From Alphaproteobacteria bacterium (GTDB lineage: Bacteria; Pseudomonadota; Alphaproteobacteria; G965222575): 64,000 bases of DNA. The position numbers and the translations under genes are program-made. Positions 29,698 through 40,293 of the stretch are shown here, piece by piece. The notes beneath the pieces were generated by a model. It saw only the letters and a list, made by a program, of their open reading frames with translations, was not told where the DNA came from and did no database searches. Location of the stretch: positions 512,001-576,000 of the forward strand of contig OZ244958.1 in the NCBI GenBank assembly GCA_965222575.1, in the 5' to 3' direction. Each line of letters opens with the position of its first letter. The first letter of the stretch is position 1.

Positions 29698-29769
29698 GGG
29701 TCCGTAGCTCAACGGCAGAGCTGGCCGCTCATAACGGCTAGGTTGTAGGTTCGAATCCTGCCGGACCCA
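29698..29769 (+). tRNA. tRNA with CAT anticodon, probably Ile2 (TilS substrate)
   Basis: GGGTCCG/CGGACCC-A acceptor stem, GGCCG-CT-CAT-AA-CGGCT arm; lacks initiator features. Confidence 0.9.
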
Positions 29770-29801
29770 CTGACAGAATGCTTCTTTAATCTTACTAGCT
29801 T

Positions 29802-31088
29802 ATGACTGAAAAAACACCCCCCTTGCTTTCTCGTGAGAACTTATTTTCTTCTCCATGGACTGTTGTGGTTGGGACGCAGTGGGGTGATGAAGGCAAGGGG
29901 CGAATCGTTGATTACCTTTGTTCTGCTGTTGCGGGTGCGGTCCGATATCAAGGGGGGCATAATGCTGGGCATACCATTGTCATAGAGGGGAAGACTTATC
30001 AGTTAAGCTTACTGCCTTCCGCTGTAGCTTATGAGGATAAAACCCTTATGCTAGGGACGGGCGTGGTCATTGACCCCCGCGCTTTAATGCGAGAGATTCA
30101 CTCCTTAGAGGCTGTTGGTCTCTCAATCCGGAATCGTCTGTTCATTGCCCGAAGTTGTGCGTTAATCCTTCCTCTTCATTCACACCTCGATGGCTTTCGC
30201 GAAGAGCGGGCAACACACCCTATTGGTACGACACGTCGCGGCATTGGGGCTGCTTATGAAGATAAAGTCGCTAGAAGAGCTGTTAGAGTGTGCGATTTGC
30301 GTGATGATAAGCTCTTAAAAGAGCGTCTTGCCAACCTTTTAGAACACCATAATCCCTTGCGGCTAGGACATGGAAAAAAACCCCTCACCCTCAAACAACT
30401 CTGGGATTTCTTAGACCCCTATAGACCCCACTTATTGCGCTTTTCCGCCGATATCCAGCACATGCTCCTCGCCGCTTGGGAGAAAAAAACGCCCCTTCTT
30501 TTTGAAGGGGCTCAAGGGACAATGTTAGATCTAGACAGCGGCTCCTACCCTTATGTTACCTCTTCTCATACCTTAGCCGGCAGTATCTATACAGGTGCGC
30601 CCCTCCCGCCTAGTGTCACCCCTTCTGTCCTAGGCGTCACCAAAGCCTATACCACCCGCGTAGGAGAAGGCCCCTTCCCTACAGAAATACCCTCCCATCA
30701 CCCCGTAGCTCAACACTTGTTTCACAAAGGAGAAGAAAGAGGAAGCGTGACAAACAGACCAAGACGTTGCGGCTGGCTCGATGGCGTCATACTGAAATAT
30801 GCCTCTAAAATTAACGGACTAGATGGACTTGTCCTCACAAAACTTGATGTCCTTGACGGACTCGAAACCATAGAGATCGCCGTAGACTATAACCTGCACG
30901 AGATATCTGAACAACATATCTCCTATAAAACCTTCGCAGGATGGCAAAACAACACAGAAGATATCACGCAAAAACAAAAACTCCCACCCCAAGCTAGAGC
31001 GTATATTGATTTTATTGAAGAATTTTGTAATGTCCCTATAAAATATGTCTGCACAGGCCCCCAAAGAAACGCCATTATCCAGTGGTAA
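29802..31088 (+). CDS. purA: Adenylosuccinate synthetase
   Basis: QWGDEGKG, GGHNAGHT, EGAQG, YPYVTSS, RRCGWLD, TKLDVL. Confidence 0.97.
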   Translation: MTEKTPPLLSRENLFSSPWTVVVGTQWGDEGKGRIVDYLCSAVAGAVRYQGGHNAGHTIVIEGKTYQLSLLPSAVAYEDKTLMLGTGVVIDPRALMREIHSLEAVGLSIRNRLFIARSCALILPLHSHLDGFREERATHPIGTTRRGIGAAYEDKVARRAVRVCDLRDDKLLKERLANLLEHHNPLRLGHGKKPLTLKQLWDFLDPYRPHLLRFSADIQHMLLAAWEKKTPLLFEGAQGTMLDLDSGSYPYVTSSHTLAGSIYTGAPLPPSVTPSVLGVTKAYTTRVGEGPFPTEIPSHHPVAQHLFHKGEERGSVTNRPRRCGWLDGVILKYASKINGLDGLVLTKLDVLDGLETIEIAVDYNLHEISEQHISYKTFAGWQNNTEDITQKQKLPPQARAYIDFIEEFCNVPIKYVCTGPQRNAIIQW

Positions 31089-32013
31089 ATCCCCCTTCAA
31101 TCCACAAACACTTGCCTTGTATCGTGAGTGGAAAGACTCCCTCGCCGCACGCGCTCTTTCTTGCCATACACAACAAGCCTACAGCTTTGATGTCCTCGCC
31201 TTCGCCTCTTTCATGACAACTTACTTAGGACAAAAAATAACCCTCACTACCCTCAAAACCCTCACCGTTTCCCACATGCGCGCCTGGCTTGCCCATCGCG
31301 CTAACAACTATCAACCCGCTTCCACTACCCGCGCCCTCGCCGCCGTGAGACACTTCTTCTCCTTTAGTAAAAAAAACCTCCACACCATCTCTCTTGCACC
31401 GCAAGTCGTCTCTTCTCCTAAAAAACAACAACTCCTCCCTCGCGCCCTAGAACAAGAACAAATCCAACGCCTCCTCAATTTCCCGCACACAACTCGTACC
31501 CCCACTTGGATTGTCGCTAGAGATAAAGCTCTCATCCTCCTCCTCTATGGACAAGGCTTGCGAATCACTGAAGCCTTACACCTCACCTGTAAACAACTGG
31601 ACTCACCCCTCCTCACTGTCATGGGAAAAGGACAGAGATACAGACAAGTTCCTCTCATGAATACAGTCTATAAAGCCTTGAAACTCTACCTCTCTGAACG
31701 CAAAAAATTCACACGCACAAAACCAACAGACCCACTTTTCATCGGCAAAAGAGGAAAACAACTACAGCCAGCTGTAGTACAACGATTCTTCAGAACCTTA
31801 CGCTCCACCTTGCACCTCCCCCCCTCCCTCACGCCCCATACCCTAAGACATAGCTTCGCAACTCACCTCCTAAATGAAGGGGCAGACCTAAGAAGCATAC
31901 AAAAACTCCTAGGACATCAAAGCCTCAAAACAACTCAAGTCTATACACAACGACAGACCAAAGCCCTCCTCAAAGTCTATGACGCCGCTCACCCTGCCAT
32001 GAAGAAAAAATAA
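31045..32013 (+). CDS. xerC: Tyrosine recombinase XerC
   Basis: RD.AL..LLYG.GLRITE, GKG, TPHTLRHSFATHLL..GADLRSIQ.LLGH..TTQVYT; start uncertain. Confidence 0.9.
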   Translation: MSAQAPKETPLSSGKSPFNPQTLALYREWKDSLAARALSCHTQQAYSFDVLAFASFMTTYLGQKITLTTLKTLTVSHMRAWLAHRANNYQPASTTRALAAVRHFFSFSKKNLHTISLAPQVVSSPKKQQLLPRALEQEQIQRLLNFPHTTRTPTWIVARDKALILLLYGQGLRITEALHLTCKQLDSPLLTVMGKGQRYRQVPLMNTVYKALKLYLSERKKFTRTKPTDPLFIGKRGKQLQPAVVQRFFRTLRSTLHLPPSLTPHTLRHSFATHLLNEGADLRSIQKLLGHQSLKTTQVYTQRQTKALLKVYDAAHPAMKKK

Positions 32014-32016
32014 AGG

Positions 32017-32082
32017 TTAGTTGTTTCTAAAAAGATAAGGCAAATCCAAGTGAAACTCTTGCGCACAGGCAACAGCAGGAGG
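32017..32082 (-). repeat. In-frame duplicate of the hutU 3' end after its stop codon
   Basis: Reads [21 protein letters not shown] versus the gene end [14 protein letters not shown]. Confidence 0.92.
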
Positions 32083-33749
32083 TTAGTCTCTAAAAAGATA
32101 GGGCAAATCTAAGTGAAACTCTTTAGCGTCCTTGTAGCCAGCACTACTGTGACGCATCACGCCCGTTGCCGGGTCGTTGAACAAAACCCGCCCTAAGGCT
32201 TCTTCCGCTAAAGCCGACCCATCACAGACCAACCCTATGCCAGCATGTTGACTATAGCCCATGCCAACACCCCCCCCGTGGTGTAAACTCACCCAAGTCG
32301 CCCCACTAGCACAGTTCAACAGACCATTTAATAATGGCCAATCCGATATGGTATCAGAACCATCTAGCATGCCTTCCGTTTCCCTGTTAGGCGATGCCAC
32401 AGAGCCACTATCTAAATGGTCACGTCCTATCACAATCGGCCCCTTTACCTCCCCACGGCGTACCATTTCATTAAAAGCTAAGCCTAAAGCCCTCCTGCCT
32501 CCTAAGCCTATCCAGCAAATACGCGCGGGAAGACCTTGAAAGGGTATCTTCTTTTGCGCCATGCTTAACCACTGCTGTAGGGATTTATCATCAGGAAACA
32601 TCTCCTGTGCCTTAGCGTCTGTAGCGGCGATATCTTTAGCGTCTCCTGAAAGGGCTATCCAGCGAAAGGGCCCAATACCACGACAAAATAAAGGACGTAT
32701 ATAGGACGGAACAAAGCCCGGAAAACAAAAGGCCTCTTTTAACCCTGCTTCAAAAGCCATCTGGCGAATGTTGTTGCCATAATCTACCACCGGCACCCCT
32801 TGTTGATAAAATCCTATCATAGCCTCAACCTGTTGCTTCATAGACGCTTTCGCTGCTTGCTCTACGCTTTTAGTATCCTTCTTTTGCGCACACCGCCATT
32901 CCTCTAGCGTCCATCCAGCCGGTAAATACCCGTAAATAGGGTCATGCGCCGCCGTTTGGTCTGTCACTAAAGACGGCCAAAAATCCCCTTGGTAAATTAA
33001 GGGATAAATCTCTGCCGCATTGCCTAAAAGACCAACTGATACAGGAGACCCAGACGATAACCCCTCTTGAATATACCCTAGTGCTTCCTTAAGTGTCGTC
33101 GCACTCTTGCTCAAATAACCGCTCTTAAGACGCAAAGATATCTTCAAAGCATCACACTCCACCACCAACACAGAAGCCCCCGCCATAGTACCAGCTAAAG
33201 GCTGCGCCCCGCCCATGCCCCCAAGACCAGCCGTTAAAAGCCATTTCCCCGCATAAGACCCTCCATAATGCTGCCGCCCAGCCTCTGCAAATGTCTCATA
33301 AGTCCCTTGTATGATTCCTTTGCCCCGATGTACATCCAAGACCCTGCTGTCATCTGACCATACATCATGAGACCTTTCTTATCCAACTCATGAAAATGCG
33401 ACCATGTACACCACTTCGGAACAAGATTCGAGTTCCCAAGCAACACACGCGGGGCACGCACATGCGTCCGAAACACCCCAGCCGCACGACCAGACTGTAC
33501 CAGCAACGTCTCATCCTTCTCTAACCGCTTCAATACTCCCAGTATCACCTCTAAATCCTCCACAGACCGCGCCGCTTTCCCCATCCCTCCATATACCACT
33601 AAAGACTCAGGCGATTCCCCTACATCTTTATGTAAGGTATTCAGCAACATGCGAAAAATCCCCTCCGTTTGCCAACTTCTACACACGCGTCTCTTATTGC
33701 GAATATTCTCCTCGTAATGAGACAAAAATGAAGGCAACATCCTCATCAT
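32083..33749 (-). pseudogene. hutU: Urocanate hydratase split by a 1-nt deletion (pseudogene or sequence error)
   Basis: ORF1 ends [13 protein letters not shown] and ORF2 resumes [10 protein letters not shown]; one base missing near 33320. Confidence 0.88.
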
Positions 33750-34552
33750 CTTCCTCCTCCTGTTGTTCCTAATAGGTCAAGAAGACCCGCTAGTAAAGAC
33801 CCTAGCCTCTTGCGCAACGCCTCAAACGCCTCTTTGCGGTAAGCGTGGGTGTCTTCCTCTAAATAAAGCCGTTGTGCTAGCTCTATCTGTAGTGCCTCAA
33901 TCCCATGAGAAGGAGTCCCGTAATGACGAATCGTATAGCCGCCATGAAATCTTTTGTTCGTGACAACCTCCTCACCAGAAAATCCCTCGCGGACAAAAGA
34001 GACAATGTCTGTACTACAAGACTTTCCATGATAAGAACCAAGATTTACCGCTGCGATCTTCCCCTGAAATAAATACGGCAAATGGGACTTAATAGAATGA
34101 CAATCTAGGAGCAAGAGTCGGGGATGATGCTGTTTTAGCCTATGAATCTGGTAGGTAATGGCTTGGTGATAGGGTGCATGAAAGTGCCGCTTGCGAAACC
34201 TTAGTGCCTCTTCATTGGGGCTGTCTTCCTTATACAACTTTTCTCCGCGAAAAGTTGTGAGCGGACACAGTGAGGTGTTGTTATATTGCTCATACAACGC
34301 CTCATCGGTAGGAGGGCGATTCGCATCTATCAGATAGCGGTGAAACTGCGCCTGCACAATGGTGATATCGGGATGTAGACCTTCATAGAGTTTATCAACA
34401 TACCAGTCTGTGTCCTCAAGAGCTTTCCCTTTCTCTGTGAGTGCGTTCAGAACAGAGGAGGGCAGATAAGTGCTTGTGTGGGGAAAGGTAAGAATGAGAG
34501 GGGCTGTCCCTTCTTTCACGTAAGCGGCGGCGGGATGTGTGGCTTTTATCAT
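33746..34552 (-). CDS. hutG: N-formylglutamate amidohydrolase
   Basis: [36 protein letters not shown]; ATG overlaps the hutH stop. Confidence 0.92.
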   Translation of the reverse strand: MIKATHPAAAYVKEGTAPLILTFPHTSTYLPSSVLNALTEKGKALEDTDWYVDKLYEGLHPDITIVQAQFHRYLIDANRPPTDEALYEQYNNTSLCPLTTFRGEKLYKEDSPNEEALRFRKRHFHAPYHQAITYQIHRLKQHHPRLLLLDCHSIKSHLPYLFQGKIAAVNLGSYHGKSCSTDIVSFVREGFSGEEVVTNKRFHGGYTIRHYGTPSHGIEALQIELAQRLYLEEDTHAYRKEAFEALRKRLGSLLAGLLDLLGTTGGGR

Positions 34553-36060
34553 AGCAGGTCTTTTGGTAAGTTGGGAGGAGGTGCAGACCAAAGCAGGCGT
34601 TGTGCTGCTTTTATGTCTGTGGCCATATAGCGGTCTTCTTTGAGAAAGGGCACTTGAGACCGTAAGTGTGTGATGAGTTTTTGTACAGGTGGGGATGTTG
34701 TCAAAGGAGAGCGTAGTTCTACAGCTTGGACGCCCATCATCCACTCTATGGCGAGTATGTAGGAGAGGTTTTTCAGCATTTTTTGAAGCCGTAAGGCGCT
34801 CCCTGCGGACATGGACACATGGTCTTCCTGATAGGCGCTTGTAGGCGTGGTATCAAGGGAGCAAGGGGAGGCTAGGTGGCGATTTTCTGCCATGAGGGCT
34901 GCCGTGGTGACCTCAGCCATCATAAAACCGCAGTTCAATCCAGCATTAGGGGCTAGGAAGGCTGGTAGACCATAGTTCAAGGAAGGGTCTACTAACAGAG
35001 CGCTGTGCCGTTGGGATAATGTCCCTATGGTGGAGAGGGCAAGGGCGAGTTTATCGGCTGCAAATCCTAGATACTGACCATGAAAATTGCCTTCAGAGGC
35101 AATACCATCAGATACAAGCACTGGATTATCTGTGACGCTATTGAGTTCAGTTTCTAGAGTTTTCCTGACTTCTTGTAAAAGTTCCCAACTAGCCCCTAAC
35201 ACTTGCGGCATACAACGCAAAGAGTAAGGGTCTTGTACTCTTGTATCCTCATGGCGGTGACTTTCTCTGATGGCAGAGCCTTGTAAAAGGGAAAAGAGGC
35301 ATTTTCCTACTCTTTGTTGTCCCTCGTGTGTTCGTGGTGCTAAGGCTTCCTGTTGAAAAGGGCTATCAGCACCGCACACACCCTCCACGGAAAGCGCCCC
35401 TAGTGCTACAGACCATTTCAATAAGTCATCAGTCCGCTTAAGTGCCAACATCACAAGCGCTGTTGAGACTTCCGTTCCATTGATGAGCGCTAACCCTTCC
35501 TTTGCGTACAGAGTCATTGTTGAAAGACCGCAAGCCTTTAAGGCCTGCTCAGCGGGCAACCTGTCATTATTCTCCGTTAGCACATATCCATGGCCTATTA
35601 AAACAGCTGCTAGGTGCGCTAAAGGTGCTAAGTCTCCTGATGCCCCCACAGAACCTCGCGAGGGAATCAACGGATGCACATGGTGCGTCACCAACTTTTC
35701 TAGCCCTTCCAGTACCTCCCATCTCACCCCTGATAACCCTTGTCCTAACGATAAAAGCTTAAGTCCTATCACCAGCCGTACCACAGGCTTAGACAAAGGC
35801 TTCCCAACCCCGCTACAATGCGATAGTACCAAGTTCTCTTGAAGCTTCTGAAGATTCTTAGAGGAAATCAACACATTGCCAAGCTTGCCAAATCCCGTTG
35901 TGAGACCATAGACGACTCTTTTTCCTTGTAACACAGCCTCTACTTTCTTGCGCCCCTCTAAGACAGCACTCTGAGCACTCCTGCACAAGTGAAAAGACTC
36001 CCCCTCAAGTAACTGAAATGCCGCCTCAATGGACATCTCTTTCGGTTTCAACACAATCAT
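34549..36060 (-). CDS. hutH: Histidine ammonia-lyase
   Basis: YGLTTGFG, GSVGASGDLAPL (MIO-forming ASG), QDPYSLRC, QEDHVSM. Confidence 0.97.
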   Translation of the reverse strand: MIVLKPKEMSIEAAFQLLEGESFHLCRSAQSAVLEGRKKVEAVLQGKRVVYGLTTGFGKLGNVLISSKNLQKLQENLVLSHCSGVGKPLSKPVVRLVIGLKLLSLGQGLSGVRWEVLEGLEKLVTHHVHPLIPSRGSVGASGDLAPLAHLAAVLIGHGYVLTENNDRLPAEQALKACGLSTMTLYAKEGLALINGTEVSTALVMLALKRTDDLLKWSVALGALSVEGVCGADSPFQQEALAPRTHEGQQRVGKCLFSLLQGSAIRESHRHEDTRVQDPYSLRCMPQVLGASWELLQEVRKTLETELNSVTDNPVLVSDGIASEGNFHGQYLGFAADKLALALSTIGTLSQRHSALLVDPSLNYGLPAFLAPNAGLNCGFMMAEVTTAALMAENRHLASPCSLDTTPTSAYQEDHVSMSAGSALRLQKMLKNLSYILAIEWMMGVQAVELRSPLTTSPPVQKLITHLRSQVPFLKEDRYMATDIKAAQRLLWSAPPPNLPKDLL

Positions 36061-37250
36061 TACACAATCCTTCCGTCTTTCACTCTAGCGTGTAAAGGAT
36101 TATGCCCTAACTTATAGGCAATCTCATTGATATTCTCTACATTCCATATGGCGCAATCGCCCGCCTGCCCAACTGCTAGCCTGCCCCCCTTCCATCCTAA
36201 GGCTTGCGCTGCCACTGAGGTGACCCCTAGTAAGGTCTCCCAAGGACTAAGACCGAATAAGACCATAGCCATGTTCATGGCTATCAGTAACGACTCAACA
36301 GGAGAAGACCCAGGATTGCAATCCGTTCCTATGGCGAGCGGTACCTTGTATTTCCTTAAAGCCTCAATCGGTGGCCGCTTAGAACCTCCTAAATAATAAA
36401 ATGCCCCGGGCAATAACACTGCAACAACCCCCGCTCTCCCCATGGCCTTCGCCCCTTCCTCATTCAAATACTCAAGGTGATCCGCACTCAAAGCCCCCTC
36501 TTCAGCAGCCAATAGACCTCCCCCCTGATCCGATAACTGGTCAGCGTGAAGCCGTACAGGTACCCCTAAGGTTTTCGCATAACGACACAATGTTCGCGCT
36601 TGTGAGGGCGAAAATCCGATGTTGTCACAAAAAATATCCACACAATCCACTAACCCCTCTTTCACCGCTACCGGTAATACAGCCCCTGCTAAAAACTCTA
36701 TGTAATCCTCAGCACTCTCATAGTCAGAAGGCACGCAGTGCGCCCCTAAAAATGTTTGAAAAATCCGCACCCTTCTCTCCGCTTTGAGTCGCTTTGCTAC
36801 CCGTAACATCTTAAGCTCCGTTTCAAGGTCTAAGCCATATCCAGACTTTATCTCCAACACCCCAACGCCGCTTGCTAACAAATTGTCAACACGCATAAGC
36901 GCCGATGCTAATAGCTCTTCTTCCGATAAAGCCCGCGTCTTACGGCATGTAGACATAATACCACCCCCTCTTAACGCAATCTCTTCATAAGAAACCCCTT
37001 TTATCCGCTCCTCAAATTCCCACGCCCTATGACCCCCATAAATAACATGAGAATGACAATCTATCAAAGACGGCGTTATCAACCGCCCCTCCATATCATA
37101 CACTCGTCCCCCTCTTTTGATAACAGGTAACTCCTTTTGTGCCCCTAACCACGCAATCTTCCCCTCCTCCACAACTAAGGCACCCCTCTCAATCACCTCT
37201 TCGGCTCTCTCACATGGTGAAATCCGCACGTTTCGAAACACCGCTCTCAT
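36060..37250 (-). CDS. hutI: Imidazolonepropionase
   Basis: DCHSH, GGGI, EIKSGYGL, HADQL, SADHLE, TDCNPGSSP. Confidence 0.96.
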   Translation of the reverse strand: MRAVFRNVRISPCERAEEVIERGALVVEEGKIAWLGAQKELPVIKRGGRVYDMEGRLITPSLIDCHSHVIYGGHRAWEFEERIKGVSYEEIALRGGGIMSTCRKTRALSEEELLASALMRVDNLLASGVGVLEIKSGYGLDLETELKMLRVAKRLKAERRVRIFQTFLGAHCVPSDYESAEDYIEFLAGAVLPVAVKEGLVDCVDIFCDNIGFSPSQARTLCRYAKTLGVPVRLHADQLSDQGGGLLAAEEGALSADHLEYLNEEGAKAMGRAGVVAVLLPGAFYYLGGSKRPPIEALRKYKVPLAIGTDCNPGSSPVESLLIAMNMAMVLFGLSPWETLLGVTSVAAQALGWKGGRLAVGQAGDCAIWNVENINEIAYKLGHNPLHARVKDGRIV

Positions 37251-37316
37251 TACTTAAATCCCTCTTCCCTCTCTTAAACATGCTACACTTAGGCTACTAT
37301 ACTATCTCAACACAAC

Positions 37317-38684
37317 ATGACGCTCCCTGTCAAACCCTCCCTCTTTGCCCCTTTGGCTTTCCTGCCAGAAGGATGGAGAGAAAATGTCCGCATCCGTATA
37401 GATGAAGACGGCAAAATCCTGCAAGTCAAGACAGACACAACCCCCTGCCCACAAGACCTCCACCTCCATCATCGTGTTTTATTGCCTGCTCCTGCTAATC
37501 TCCACAGCCACGCCTTCCAAAGAGGGCTTGCAGGCCTCACAGAAACTAGAGGCCGTCAATCCGACTCCTTCTGGACGTGGCGTCAAAAATTATACCGATT
37601 CGCACAACTGCTCAACCCGGAGGATGTAGAAAACCTCACCGCACTTGCCTATATGGAAATGATGGAGGCAGGATACGCTTCTGTGGCGGAATTCCATTAC
37701 CTACACCATAGACCTTCAGGAAAACCCTATGACCTGCCAGAGGAACTTTCCTTACGCGTGTGTGCGGCGGCCGGTCAGGTTGGCATAGGACTCACCTTGC
37801 TCCCTGTCCTCTATTCCTATGCTTCTCTCAATCAAGACCCGCCTCATCCCGCTCAACGGCGCTTCATCAATCAGAGGGACTCCTTTCAAAAACTCATGGA
37901 AAACTGTACCGCACACTTGCCTCTCCTGCCCCCCGATACCGTCCTAGGCGTAGCCCCGCACTCCCTGCGTACTGTTGCAACAGAGGATATCATTTCTTTC
38001 ATTTCCTCTCTCAACTGCCCTATTCACATACATGTCGCTGAACAACAACAGGAAGTGAAGGAAGTAAAGCACACTCTGAAAACCTCCCCTGTTCAGTGGC
38101 TTTTAGACCATACCTCTTTGGATAAGCGCTGGTGTCTTATCCATTGTACGCACGCTACTAAAAGCGAAGTCACTCAACTAGCCAAACGCAACTGTGTCGT
38201 CGGACTCTGTCCTGTCACAGAAGCCAACTTAGGCGATGGTATCTTCAATGCTAGCGACTATTGCCAAAATGGCGGAATCTTAGGCGTTGGTACGGATTCA
38301 CAGGTTTCTATCTCCTTTACGGAAGAGGTGAAAATGTTGGAATATGCCCAACGGTTGCAAACACAACGCCGTTGCGTGCTGGCTTCACCGCAAACTCCCT
38401 CCTGTGGGCGTTTTTTGTTTGAAGCAGTCTTGACCGGCGGGGGACAAGCCTTAGCTCGAAAAACAGGCCGTATCCAACAACACTTCTGGGCAGACCTCCT
38501 CACACTCAAACCGCTCTCCTCTTACAACAACCCCCATACCCTCTTAGACCAATGGGTCTTTACAGCACAGCTTCCCGTGCAAGAGGTCTTAAGCGCCGGA
38601 CGCCTCTGTGTCAAAAATGGACAGCACATCAAACGCCAAGAAATTCTTCATCGTCTCCACACAACCTTCAAAAAAATACTATAA
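37317..38684 (+). CDS. hutF: Formimidoylglutamate deiminase
   Basis: NLHSHAFQRGLAG, SFWTWR, AEFHYLHH, APHSLR, CPVTEANLGDG; divergent from hutI. Confidence 0.96.
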   Translation: MTLPVKPSLFAPLAFLPEGWRENVRIRIDEDGKILQVKTDTTPCPQDLHLHHRVLLPAPANLHSHAFQRGLAGLTETRGRQSDSFWTWRQKLYRFAQLLNPEDVENLTALAYMEMMEAGYASVAEFHYLHHRPSGKPYDLPEELSLRVCAAAGQVGIGLTLLPVLYSYASLNQDPPHPAQRRFINQRDSFQKLMENCTAHLPLLPPDTVLGVAPHSLRTVATEDIISFISSLNCPIHIHVAEQQQEVKEVKHTLKTSPVQWLLDHTSLDKRWCLIHCTHATKSEVTQLAKRNCVVGLCPVTEANLGDGIFNASDYCQNGGILGVGTDSQVSISFTEEVKMLEYAQRLQTQRRCVLASPQTPSCGRFLFEAVLTGGGQALARKTGRIQQHFWADLLTLKPLSSYNNPHTLLDQWVFTAQLPVQEVLSAGRLCVKNGQHIKRQEILHRLHTTFKKIL

Positions 38685-38771
38685 ATATATGTGCTTCTGT
38701 GTTAACATAGCTTCTCGGGTTTCTTTATCAAGGAAAATCCCCTAAAAAAATAATTTCAAGAGGGTCACACA

Positions 38772-40139
38772 ATGGCTGCAGTACAAAATCGTGGACACTG
38801 GGGGACACGCATAGGCTTTATTCTTGCTGTTTCAGGTTCAGCTGTCGGATTGGGGAATATTTGGAAATTTCCTTACAATGTAGGAGAAAATGGCGGTGGT
38901 GCCTTCGTGTTGATTTATCTTCTCTGTGTGCTTTTTGTGGGGCTTCCTCTTATGATAGGGGAATTTGCTATTGGGCGGGGCGCAAACTTAGACCCAGCAG
39001 GCGCCTTCAAAAAACTAAGCCCTAGAAAGTCTTGGGGGTGGATTGGACTCATGGCTGTGCTGGCTGCCTTTTTGATTATGTCTTTTTATAGCGTTGTTGG
39101 CGGATGGGCTCTTGCTTATACTGTTAAGTCAATTTCTCAATCCGTCACGTCTTTCACCTCACCTGAACAGGCAGCGAGTTACTTCAAAAATTTCGCGGCA
39201 AACCCTGTGCTGATTATCGGCTATACTCTTGCTTTCTTAGCAATTTGCGGCGCCATTGTCATAAAAGGGCAAAAAGGCATTGAACGCTCTTGCGATATCC
39301 TGATGCCGGCTCTTGTGATTTTTATGTTGATTCTCATCGTCCGCGTTCTGACCCTACCAGGGGCCGCTGAAGGGGTAAAATTTTACCTCATCCCTGACTT
39401 CTCAAAAGTTACTGCCGGTACAGTCTTGACCGCTCTTGGACATGCTTTCTTCTCTCTGTCCATTGCAGTAGGCGCTTTGATTACTTATGGAAGCTATTTG
39501 TCCAAAAAGGAAAACCTCCTCTCCGCTGCCGCTTATGTCACCTTCTTTGATACCTTTATAGCAATTATCGCCGGATTCTTGATTTTCCCTATTGTCTTTT
39601 CCATGGGGCAAGACCCAGCTTCAGGACCAGGACTGGTTTTCCATATCTTGCCAGCTTTCTTCTCCTCCTCTTCTTTCGGCGGATTCTTCTCCTTGCTCTT
39701 CTTCTTACTCCTCTCTATCGCTGCAATTACCTCCGGTATCTCCTTGATAGAGACTGTTGTCGCTTATTATATCGATGAGTGGAAGTTCTCCCGATTGAAA
39801 TCCGTTCTCGTGGTCGTCTCCACACTCTTCTTGGTGAGTATCCCTTCCGCTTTGTCTTTTGGTCTATGGAAACATATCACACTCTTTAATATGACCTTCT
39901 TTGACCATGTGGAAAATATTGCGGACAATTATCTTCTACCGCTAGGAGGCGTGATGGTTGCTCTCTTCATTGGATATGTCTGGAGCCCCCAAGCCGCTCA
40001 AAAAGAATTGGAAACCGGCGCTAAAGTCTTTACCTTCGCACCGCTTTGGGCTTTCTTAATCCGATATGTTATCCCTGTTTTGGTTTTGACTATTCTCTTA
40101 GCGAAAGTCTTCCCCTTAGCGAAAGCCATCATATCATAA
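38772..40139 (+). CDS. Sodium-dependent transporter, NSS (SLC6) family
   Basis: GSAVGLGNIWKFPY..GENGGGAF, FFSLS, TYGSY, GPGLVF. Confidence 0.93.
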   Translation: MAAVQNRGHWGTRIGFILAVSGSAVGLGNIWKFPYNVGENGGGAFVLIYLLCVLFVGLPLMIGEFAIGRGANLDPAGAFKKLSPRKSWGWIGLMAVLAAFLIMSFYSVVGGWALAYTVKSISQSVTSFTSPEQAASYFKNFAANPVLIIGYTLAFLAICGAIVIKGQKGIERSCDILMPALVIFMLILIVRVLTLPGAAEGVKFYLIPDFSKVTAGTVLTALGHAFFSLSIAVGALITYGSYLSKKENLLSAAAYVTFFDTFIAIIAGFLIFPIVFSMGQDPASGPGLVFHILPAFFSSSSFGGFFSLLFFLLLSIAAITSGISLIETVVAYYIDEWKFSRLKSVLVVVSTLFLVSIPSALSFGLWKHITLFNMTFFDHVENIADNYLLPLGGVMVALFIGYVWSPQAAQKELETGAKVFTFAPLWAFLIRYVIPVLVLTILLAKVFPLAKAIIS

Positions 40140-40293
40140 GATAAGCCTCCAACCAGCAGGAAGGGGAAAAAAGGGAGTACAGCTTGCGCGCGGGCGGGCG
40201 GCGGGTTAAGGAAAGTGAGGCCTTATCATAGGAAACCCTTGAGGAATGAAATTATTATCCCTTGTCGTTTTGGCGTAAGGAAACTCCTCTGCC

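Noticed and set aside
31045-32013. Tyrosine recombinase as the integrase of a mobile element
   Set aside because: Motifs and length fit housekeeping XerC, it is coupled to purA, and no att-bounded cargo is visible
40097-40240. CTTAGCGAAAG pair and a weak echo of the NSS gene end downstream
   Set aside because: Too short and degenerate to separate from chance, though it fits the gene-end duplication theme
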